A stretch of DNA of 63,972 nt, filler included, from Conidiobolus incongruus B7586 (lineage: Eukaryota): assembly GCA_000697335.1 (NCBI GenBank). It is 38 parts of 38 records of this genome, joined end to end, with 100 filler letters (N's around TTAATTAATTAA, not from the genome) between each part and the next. Parts side by side here need not be neighbours in the genome. Positions count along the whole stretch, not along the records: positions 54,379 to 55,538 come from JNEM01004479.1; positions 55,639 to 57,914 come from JNEM01004480.1; positions 58,015 to 59,348 come from JNEM01004482.1; positions 59,449 to 61,446 come from JNEM01004488.1; positions 61,547 to 62,837 come from JNEM01004490.1; positions 62,938 to 63,972 come from JNEM01004541.1; 32 more parts are not named here. One strand, written 5' to 3'. The number at the start of each line of letters is the position of its first letter. Position 1 is the stretch's first letter. Made by a program: the position numbers and the translations under genes. The notes under the pieces were generated by a model. The model had not been told where the DNA came from, did no database searches, and saw only the letters and a list, made by a program, of their open reading frames with translations. Shown one piece after another: positions 54,470-63,972 of the stretch.

Positions 54470-55538
54470 TTCTAGTTTATAAAAATAAGTCATAAAATTA
54501 AATATATAAATATTTTTATTAATAATTTAATCAATTCTAATAAATATAAATTATATTAAACTTTATAATTAATATAGATTTTTTTTTAATATATTATATT
54601 AAGTTAAATTTAATTAATTATTAATTGATACATTAATACTAAAATTATATCTAAGGTGAGTTATTAATTTGTAGGTTTTAATATTAATAAAAAAATCAAT
54701 ATCTATTATATTTATCTTTTGCTTTTCTAAACTTTTTAATTTTTGGGGTATAATCAATTAATTACTTATATTAAGCAGGACTAATATTATTTTAAGCTTC
54801 TTAAATATAGTTCTAAAATTGATTTAAATTTTTTATTAGGGGGAAAGCTTGAAATGATTTTTTTAGTTATTTTTAAAAATATATAATTAGTTTAAGATTA
54901 AGAAATTAAGGAAGCTATTTTATAATAGTTATTTTATTTAAGCTATTTAATAGTAAAATTTATAATATAACAAGGGGTATTATCATGTTGGAAAATTATA
55001 TTTAATTAATCTAATTTAAATCATTCAATAATTTTTTTCAATTTAATTTTTAAAATACTTTGATATATCTCAATATTAATTCCCTTATTAACCCTATAAA
55101 TATAGTTATATCTAAAGATAATATATATCCTTAAACTATAATTAACTTAATATTATATTTTTAGGTTATAATAAGATAATGGTTATAAAATAATTCTTTA
55201 TTCTTTTTGAAATAACAAATTTTTTTATTAAATTTATCAAAATAAATCTTTATTTTATTATATTAAATAACCTTTCATTAATTAGTTTTAAATCAACTTT
55301 AATATTGATATTTAAACTCCCATTTAATTTTATAATAAGACTTCTTTAATTGGAGGTGATTTTTCTTAAAGTTTAAGTAATATCTATTATAATATAAATT
55401 ATATATAATTATATCAATATTAACTAATATTCCTATATAATCTTATAATTCTTATTATATTTTTATAATAGTATTCTATTTACCTATATTAATTAATCTT
55501 TAAATATATTTTTTATTATGTTTATCTATAATTTTAAT
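54470..55538 (-). mobile_element. Decayed Tc1 A1 copy
   Basis: Terminus ttctagtttataaaaataagtcataaaa; colinear with 14825-15900. Confidence 0.9.
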
Positions 55539-55638
55539 NNNNNNNNNNNNNNNNNNNNNNNNNNNNNNNNNNNNNNNNNNNNTTAATTAATTAANNNNNN
55601 NNNNNNNNNNNNNNNNNNNNNNNNNNNNNNNNNNNNNN

Positions 55639-57914
55639 TATTTATAATATAATATATAAAGTTAAATTTAATTAATTATTAATTGATATATTAAAACTAA
55701 AAATATACTTAAAATAAGTTATAAATTTATAGGTTTTAGTATTGATAGAAATATTAATATTTAATTTATTTATCTTTTGTTTTTTTAACTATATTAAGTT
55801 TATAAGATATAAAATTAACTAGCTATTTATATTAAGCAAAATTAATATTATTTTAAACTTTTTAAATATAATCTTAAAGTTAATTTAAAATTTTTATTAA
55901 GGGGAAAACTTTAATTAATTTTTTTAGTTAATTTTAAAGATATTTAATTAAGTTAAAATAAAGGGATTAAGGATAATACTTTATAATAATTATTTTGTTA
56001 TTTTGAAACTATTTAATAATTAAATTTATAATATAACAAAAACATTATCTAGTTAGAAAATAATAATTAATCTATTTTACTTATATTACTTAATATTTCT
56101 TTTTAATATATTATTTAAAGTATTTTAATAAATTTTAATATATTTTAATATTAATTCCCTTATTAACTTTATAAAGATATTTTATACTTAAAGATAATAT
56201 ACATTAGCCTGCAAAAGTGAATCATAAAATAAAAATCACTTTTATATTTACCTGTAACTTAAACAATTCTTAACTAAATTAATTTAAATTAAAGTATATA
56301 GTTGAGGTATATTACCTGATTATAATAGGTTATATTTAATTATATTTAATATATTATTGGTTAATATATTAAATCTTAAATTTTAAATAGAGTAAGTTAT
56401 AAATTTGCAGGTTTAGGAGTTAAAAGGGTATATAAAATAAAAATTACTTAAATCTTTTTTTTTATTAAATTATATATATTTATACTAATATTATTATTGT
56501 AAATTATTATTTTAAATAATATTAATATTAAAATACCTAAATCCCTCTCTAAAAAGATTCACTTGTATATTAATTAACTTTATAATAAATATAAATCAAC
56601 TTGTGAGATTGTTGGAATTATTAGTGTTAGCTAGTCTATTATAGCTAGGGTTGTTAAAAATTATAGTAATGATATATCTAAACCTAAACTTAGGTGTGTT
56701 AGAATTATAGATCAATATGATGAAAAGTATATTTATAGGTTAGTTAGTATAGATAGGTGTAATATTATTATAGAAGTATATAAAGAATTACAAAACTATG
56801 TAGGAATATTAGTTAGTATTGATACTATTATATATACTTTATATTGTAATAAATATCACTTGCATTTTAAAAAAACACCCCTAACTAAAGAAGTCTTATC
56901 ACAAAGCTAGGTAAGAGTTTAAATGTCACTACTAAAGCTGAACCAGAACTAATTAAAATAAGGTTATTTAGTTTAATGAAACAAAAATATATTTTAGTGG
57001 ATTTGATAAAAAAGCTAAATATTTCAAAAAAAACAAAGAGTTACTTTGTGACCATTATGTTATTTTAACCTAAAAATATAATGGTGGGTTAATTATAATT
57101 TAAAAATGTATGTTATCTTCTGGTATAGGGTTTTTTTATAAAGTTGATAAGGGAATTAATTTTGAGATATACTAAAATATTCTAAACAATAAATTAAAAA
57201 AAACTATTAAATAATATAGGTTAAATAAATCAGATGTTATTTTCCAATAAGATAATGCCTTTTGCTATATTATTATTTTTATTACCAAATGCTTTAAAAA
57301 TAATGAAATAACAGTTATAAAGTAGCTTCTTCAATCCTCTAACTTTAATTTAATTGAACACCTTTGGGATCAGTTAAAAAAAGCAATTAAAGCTTTCCCA
57401 CCAGTAAAAAATTTAAATGTGCTTTGGGAATATATTTAAGAAGCTTAGAATAAAATTAATCCTTTTTAATATAAGAAGTTAGTTGACTCTATACCCTATA
57501 AACTTAAAGAAGTTAGGAAAACAAAAGGTAGATATATTAAGTTTTAATTTTCTTTCTATAACCAAAATACACAAATTTATGACTTAACTTAGGTAAAATT
57601 TAAACTTTAATATATCAACTAAAATTTAATATAATTGGATCAAATATATTTAATTATAAATAAATAATATAAGTTTATTATATGTTTTAATTCAAATTAA
57701 TTTGATTAAGAATTAATAGAGTTATTGATAATAATATATATAATCATAATTTTATGACTTACTTTTGCAAGCTAGTATATATCCTTAAATTATAATTAGT
57801 TTATTATTATTTTTTTAAATTATAAAAATTTAATAATTATAATGTAATTTTTTAATTTTTTTTAAAAATATCTAATTTTTATATTGAATTTATCAAGATA
57901 TATTTTTATTTTAT
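55639..57914 (-). mobile_element. Tc1 A1 host copy split into 55639-56201 and 57778-57914
   Basis: Rejoined flanks aaagataata-TA-tatccttaaattataatt match the uninterrupted aaagataacatacatccttaaactataatt at ~2308-2337. Confidence 0.88.
56202..57777 (+). mobile_element. Full-length, best-preserved Tc1 A3 copy (1576 bp), DD34E transposase pseudogene
   Basis: TA|cattagcctgcaaaagtgaatcataaaa ... ttttatgacttacttttgcaagctagta|TA. Motifs VIWSDETK (reverted), KY.GGSI.VW, QDNAPCH and IEHLWDQLKKAIKAFPP (attgaacacctttgggatcag intact); 34 residues between the second D and the E. Confidence 0.95.
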
Positions 57915-58014
57915 NNNNNNNNNNNNNNNNNNNNNNNNNNNNNNNNNNNNNNNNNNNNTTAATTAATTAANNNNNNNNNNNNNNNNNNNNNNNNNNNNNN
58001 NNNNNNNNNNNNNN

Positions 58015-59348
58015 GACCTTTATATTAAATATTCTTTTATACTATATTAAGAATCTTTTATTATTATACTTATATAGTAACAATAATAAAACTATTAAAA
58101 ATCTATTAAAAAATTAATAACTCTCTATATTAAAATTATTTATTATAATTTTAAATTTTATTTATAATTTATTTTGTTAAAATTTAATATTATATACTAT
58201 AATTATATTAAAAAAAATACTCTTATATTATTTTAATAATAATAATAGTTTAATTACTAAGTAAATTTCAGACTTTAATTTTTAAAAGTTTGTTACCCTC
58301 TAAAAAAATTATATTAAATAATTCTGAATTAAAAAAATATAGCTTAAAAAAGTTAAATCTAACAAATTAATCAATTTAATATTATCAATATATTAAATCA
58401 TCTTCTTAGTATTTTTATAGATAAATTAACTATTTATGATAGTTTTCAAAACCTCTATAAACTTAAAAACTATATTAAAAATATAAAGAATTATTTTAAA
58501 CTAATTTATAATAAAGATTTAAAAAATATCTTTAAATTAATTATTTTTTTAGAAAAATCTACTTAGATTAAATAATTAATTTATTATAAGCTTAATTCAA
58601 CAGTATTTTTAAAAAGATATCTTATTACAAAAATATAAACTTTTTAATAATTAGACAAAGCCATTAAAAAAATATTACTTAAAAGATTAAATTTAATTAA
58701 CAAGAGAAAGGTTTTCTTAACTTAAATAAAAAACATCTATAAGGTAATTAATTAAGAAATTTAATAAAATATGTTTAAATATATCAAATATTACTAAAGA
58801 AGAATAAATCCACAAACTATTATAATACTTTAATTCTTAAGTAAAATTTTTACTAATAAAAAGGAGTATTTTAATAATATGATTTTTTCTAATATTTGTG
58901 ATATAATAATTATCATTAATCATATTTTTTACTCTATAATTAAATTATTTTATCTTAAGAATTAATCCTTTAAAATTTATTTTAACCTAATTAAATTTTA
59001 AATAAAAGATATTTTTATTTTAAAGCTTTATAAAAAAATACTTAATAAAGAAGTTAAAATTTATTTAAAAATAAATAAAAGCTATTATTATTGTTGACAA
59101 ACCTAAGTTCAATATAAAGTTGATAAATATCCCTTAAAAAATAATATTAATTTAATCCTTAATAATCTTAATTTATTAATTACAAATCAAACTTAAATAA
59201 TATTAATATAACCTTAAAATCACCTTTTTTATAAGAAGTTAATAGATTTTAAACTAATCTACAAAATTTTAATAGACTAATAATTTTTTAAATTAAACTA
59301 TATATAATAGAGAAATTTAATTTATTAAGTTATTAAAATTAAAAATTT
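58015..59348 (+). mobile_element. Gypsy 5' region: LTR end (58015-58074), PBS (58075-58086), leader and decayed gag with zinc knuckle
   Basis: LTR end cttata|tagtaacaataa. At ~59080-59135 agc tat tat tat tgt tga caa acc taa gtt caa tat aaa gtt gat aaa tat ccc reverts to G-C-Y-Y-C-RQTQVQ-H-KVDK-C-P. Confidence 0.75.
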
Positions 59349-59448
59349 NNNNNNNNNNNNNNNNNNNNNNNNNNNNNNNNNNNNNNNNNNNNTTAATTAA
59401 TTAANNNNNNNNNNNNNNNNNNNNNNNNNNNNNNNNNNNNNNNNNNNN

Positions 59449-60125
59449 ATATAAATAATATTAAATTATTTGATAAACTAGGTTTTTCTTTTTTTTTCTT
59501 TTAATTTTTATTATTTCTTATTTTTTAAATTATTTCAAAAATGAAAACTATATTCTATTAATATTATTATATATTAGTATTATCTAACATAAAACCTAAT
59601 ATATTAGTGTTACAAGTATAATAATAAAAAATTACTAATATAATATAAAGGAAGATTTGATATAAAATAATATGGTATAAAATATAATAATATAGTATTG
59701 AATAATAAACAAAGTTTAATTAAGCTTTAAATTAGGATAAGTCATTAATATATTAAGATTTATATTAGGTATTGTTAATATATTATAATATTGATAGATT
59801 ATAGTTTTAATTTTAGAAATAATGTAAAAAATAAAAAATAATAAGAATTGAGAAAAAAAAAAGCTTATTTACTAAATAATTCAATATTATTTATATTATT
59901 AATTTTATTATAAAGATATAAATTAATTATATAATTTATAGTTAATTTAATTATAAAGTGTATATAATAATTTAAAAAACTATTCTCTTAATAAGTGTTT
60001 TTTTTATCAAATCTTAATTAAATTATGTTAATATTTCTATATTATTTTATCTTAGCTTTATATTACATTATTTCTATATTAAATTTTTTTTATCATATAT
60101 TAGATTTGTTAATATTATATTTATA
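59449..60125 (+). repeat. Host LTR split by an inverted solo LTR
   Basis: 59449-59610 and 59994-60125 are consecutive parts of the sense-orientation LTR. Confidence 0.75.
59611..59993 (-). repeat. Solo LTR nested in another LTR, heavily mutated
   Basis: AGTGT/AGTGT 5-bp TSD at 59606-59610 and 59994-59998. Confidence 0.88.
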
Positions 60126-60127
60126 TA

Positions 60128-61430
60128 TTACTTTGTAATTTAATTATAGGAATTTTTTTTAATTGAAAAAATATATATATTTTAATATATAAAAAGTAAA
60201 AATAAATATATAATATAAAATTAATAATTTCTTTTATTTTTAATAATTTTTTGTTATATTTTTAGCAAAGATCTAATATTTAAAATATAATTCTTTTTAT
60301 TAAAAACTAAAATTTGATATTTTACAAACCAATTAAATTTTCCTACAGATATTTTCTATTTTTTTAACAAATTCTTTGATTGCTTAAAACAACTATAATC
60401 ATATAAGTTATCATCCAAAAAATATATTAGATATGGTAGTTTTTTCTAGTTTTTTGTAATTAAAAATTTTTTTATAGCTTTAGATTTATATATTTTAAAA
60501 TTTTTATACAAAATAATAGATTTTATCAAATTATATTAAGTATATAAATTTAAAATAACTTTAATTAAAAAAGAAATATAAAGTTTATTATTAATTGATT
60601 TTTTTAAGAATTAAATAAAAAAAATATTTTTATTATAATTTATTACATTAATTAACATTTACTTATTAATAAAGTATATATTTAAAGAAATTTATAAAAA
60701 GGGTTAATTTAATTTAATTTAACACTTTAATTTATGTTTTGGTAAAAGATTATACAAAAGAACCTAAGATTCCTTAATTATAATAATTTATTGCAAAAGC
60801 CTTGGTTTCTAGCTATATCTTAGTAAATTTAGTTTAGTAATAACTATTCTAGCTTTTTTCTAAGCTTTAGTTAAATTATAAGGTACCTATTTTGTATTTT
60901 TTTTAACTAATTTAAAATTCAATTTTAATATATATTAATTACATATATAACTAATATTAAAGGATATTTATATGATTTTAATTATAATATAAGGGTGTTT
61001 ATTAATATATTTTTTAAATTTACTAATAATTCAAATTATTACAATAAGATTTAATATTTTAAATTTTAACAAATATTAGGTAATATCTTTCCTAGCTTTA
61101 AAATAATATATCTAGTGAGAAATATTTGATTTATATAATATTTTATTATCAAAAGTTATTTGCCAATTTTAAATATTATTAAAAAATTTATGGTTAAGCT
61201 TTATTAACACCAAAATAAAAAAATTTTGATAATTATTATTTAGCTTAGATATAATTAAATTAAATAACTAATTTTAAAAAATTAATTTTTAAATTAAAAG
61301 AATATTATATATATATTTCAAAATTATTTATTTACCTATTTATTTTGTATTTATTGCTTTATTTAAAATTGATAGTATTTTTTAATAATCAAAAAATAAA
61401 AATTTCTTATATTTTTAGTTCTAATATTAA
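60128..61430 (-). mobile_element. Near-complete decayed mariner copy
   Basis: TA|ttactttgtaatttaattataggaatt terminus. Minus strand ~60869-60892 aaa tag gta cct tat aat tta act reverts to K-W-V-P-H-N-L-T (WVPHEL motif). Confidence 0.9.
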
Positions 61431-61546
61431 ATATTTGGATTTATTTNNNNNNNNNNNNNNNNNNNNNNNNNNNNNNNNNNNNNNNNNNNNTTAATTAATT
61501 AANNNNNNNNNNNNNNNNNNNNNNNNNNNNNNNNNNNNNNNNNNNN

Positions 61547-62837
61547 TTATAAAAATTATTTTTAATATTTCATTTAATAAAAACAATTGATTTAAATAAT
61601 TTATCTTTAATATTATATAAGTTTAGTAATAAAATTTTATCCTTAATAATTTTAAAGTTAAAGATATAATTATTAATATATAATCTTTAACTATTATCAA
61701 GCTTTTATATAAAGATCAAGAATTTTTATAATAAGGAAAAAAATTTAATATATTTATTTTCAAGTAATTTTTAAATTTTTTCTTTTAAGGTTTAATATTA
61801 TTTAAGAGATAAATGGTAAGTAAGTTTTAAATATAGTTATATACTAAAGAAAAGTTTGATTTTATGTTTAATATTATGTTTAAAAGATAATTAATTTATA
61901 AGTTTCAAGATATTAATAAATTAACTTATTATATTATATAAGCAATAATCATTAAATATAACTTATTTAAAATTAATAGATGAAGTACAAATAGATAAAT
62001 AGTAAATAATAAATAAATATATAATCTTATAAATTATTTAAGTTTTTAATCTACTTTTTATATTGATTTTTATTGATTATAATAAAGTTATTTATTATAA
62101 TTATAGAGTTAATATAAAATAAAGTATTTAATAGCTTTATAATAAAGTAATTTAAATTTTTTAAAACTAATTCTATTAATTTCCTTTAGAAAATAAAAAA
62201 AAATAAATTTGTGACTTTTTAAAGTAATATTCATCAATACAAAACTATAATATTTATATTAATTTTAACTTAACATAAAATTATAATTAATATTATTAAC
62301 TAGAAATTTAATATATTAAGAGTAATTAAAAAATAATAAAAGATATTTAAATATAATATTAAATATTTATTGTATTGAGTTATCAATATACTTAATTATT
62401 AAATTATTTTTTTAAATAAATATAGTTTTAAATTAATAAAAAAAGAGATAATATAACTAAAACAACTAAAGTTAATTAAAACACTAATAAGTATGTCTAT
62501 AAAAAAATTAGTTAACATAAATAATAAAATAATAGTTAAAGGAAAAAATCACAAAATAGATTTATTATTAGAATATTTTTAGTTTTTAATAGTTTAATAA
62601 GTTAGATTTCTTTAGTATTTATAATTTATTTGTAAAGTTATTAGCTTATTAGAATTTTTGTAGATTAAATTCAAATTTGCTAAATAATTATAAAAAGGAT
62701 GATTTTAAAGTTATATTAAAATTATTTAAGTTTAATTTATAATTAATAAATTAAAACTATTGAAAATTAAATTAATATTGTTTCTTAAGGGGATATATAT
62801 TAATTTTATAGTTAACTTAAGTTTTTTAAAAATAATA
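61547..62837 (-). mobile_element. Decayed gypsy internal region: gag zinc knuckle, presumed protease region and RT start
   Basis: Right end is the reverse complement of ~59085-59340; left end is the reverse complement of ~41330-41760. Confidence 0.78.
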
Positions 62838-62937
62838 NNNNNNNNNNNNNNNNNNNNNNNNNNNNNNNNNNNNNNNNNNNNTTAATTAATTAANNNNNNN
62901 NNNNNNNNNNNNNNNNNNNNNNNNNNNNNNNNNNNNN

Positions 62938-63071
62938 ATATTTATTTATTATTAAATAATATACTTTAATTATATATTATAGTTTTAAATAATTTAATAT
63001 ATATAAATGTTTTAGTTATTAATTAAAACATATATATTTTTGATTTTATAACTTATTTTTGTAGGTTAGTC
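62938..63071 (-). mobile_element. Tc1 A2 left-end fragment inserted in an LTR
   Basis: Matches 38875-39007; followed by TA and LTR sequence. Confidence 0.85.
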
Positions 63072-63129
63072 TAGTTAATTAAATTATATAAAAATATATA
63101 TAAGAATTTAAAGAATTATTTTCTTAACA
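63072..63129 (-). repeat. LTR terminal fragment
   Basis: tagttaattaaattatataaaaatatatataagaatttaaagaattattttcttaaca matches the last 58 bp of the solo LTRs. Confidence 0.85.
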
Positions 63130-63972
63130 AATACTATTATATATTTTTATATTATAATAAATATTATTTATATTTTAAAATATATCTTTAATTAAAAAAA
63201 TTTTATTATAAAGTTAAGTAGGAGTTTAAATATTATTATTAAAATTAAATTAAAACTAATTAAAGTAAAGTTATTTAATTTAATGAAACAATAATATACT
63301 TTAGTATATTTAATAAAAAAGCTAAATATTTAAAAAAAACAAAATACTACTTTATAGCTATTATGTTATTTAAACTTAAAAATATAATAATAGGTTAATA
63401 ATAATTTAAAAATATATGTTATATTCTAATATAAAATATCTTGATAAAATTAATAAAGGAATTAATATTAAAATATATTAAAATATTTTAAATAATAAAT
63501 TAAAAAATATTATTAAATAATATAAATTAAATAAATCAAATATTATATTTTAATAGGATAATACCTTTCAATATATTATTATTTTTATTACCAAATAGTT
63601 TAAAAATAATAAAATAAAAGTTATAATATAATTTCTTTAATTGTTTAACTTTAATTTAATTAAACACCTTTAAATTTAGTTAAAAAAAGTAGTTAAAGGT
63701 TTCTAACTAGTAAAAAATTTAAATAAGCTTGAAAAATATTTTTAAAAAGCTTAAAATAAAATTAATCTTTTTTAATATAAGAAGTTAATTTACTTTGTAT
63801 CTTATAAACTTAAAGAAGTTAAGAAAACAAAAAAAATATACTAATTTTTAATTTTCTTTCTATAACTAAAATATACAAATTTATAACTTATTTTAAATAA
63901 AATTTAAATTTTAATATATCAACTAAAAGTTAATATAATTAGATTAAATATACTTAATTAAAAATAAATAAT
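63130..63972 (+). mobile_element. Decayed Tc1 A3 copy (host of the LTR), running off the window
   Basis: Colinear with ~56820-57665. Confidence 0.9.

Noticed and set aside
56191..56210. Idea that mutation creates the TA sites used by later insertions
   Set aside because: At this testable junction the TA is already present in a less-mutated homologue (gataacaTAcatcc at ~2311), so the window gives no support.
1687..62937. Regularly recurring TTAATTAATTAA as a CRISPR-like or biological repeat
   Set aside because: It is always centred in exactly 44 N + 44 N and encodes stops in all six frames, so it is an assembly spacer.
27..63972. Alternative genetic code (TAA/TAG = Gln) explaining the in-frame stops
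   Set aside because: Stops also replace Trp and Arg, conserved Asp/His/Cys codons are altered, and affected sites differ from copy to copy. The intact gene uses CAA/CAG for Gln and ends in TAA.
27..63972. Bisulfite or deamination library artefact
   Set aside because: C-to-T and G-to-A changes co-occur on the same strand of each copy, load differs between nested insert and host, and the single-copy gene is unconverted.
1..63972. Organellar or endosymbiont genome suggested by extreme AT content
   Set aside because: No rRNA, tRNA or respiratory/ribosomal protein genes were recognised. The content is nuclear-type eukaryotic TEs.

Overview
Eukaryotic, very probably fungal, extremely AT-rich transposon graveyard. 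It is assembled as 38 pieces joined by 37 identical artificial 100-bp linkers (44 N + TTAATTAATTAA + 44 N). Most of the window resolves into decayed, often nested copies of three element families. (1) A ~1.57-kb Tc1-type DD34E DNA transposon with long IR/DR-type ends, present as three subfamilies in about 25 copies or fragments. (2) A ~1.3-kb mariner (WVPHNL / YSPDYNPCD, DD34D), about 10 copies. (3) A Ty3/gypsy chromovirus with a ~398-bp LTR, 5-bp TSD, PBS, Gag zinc knuckle, RT, RNase H, integrase, chromodomain and PPT. Every repeat copy has been destroyed by dense C-to-T and G-to-A transitions that differ between copies. The one single-copy gene (8120-8755, a 211-aa two-TM orphan with PY motifs) is intact and keeps its CpGs. 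The standout signal is therefore a repeat-directed, RIP-like hypermutation defence acting on broad dinucleotide contexts. Protein motifs were reconstructed by eye by reverting transitions across copies. No database search was run and the host taxon is not determined.
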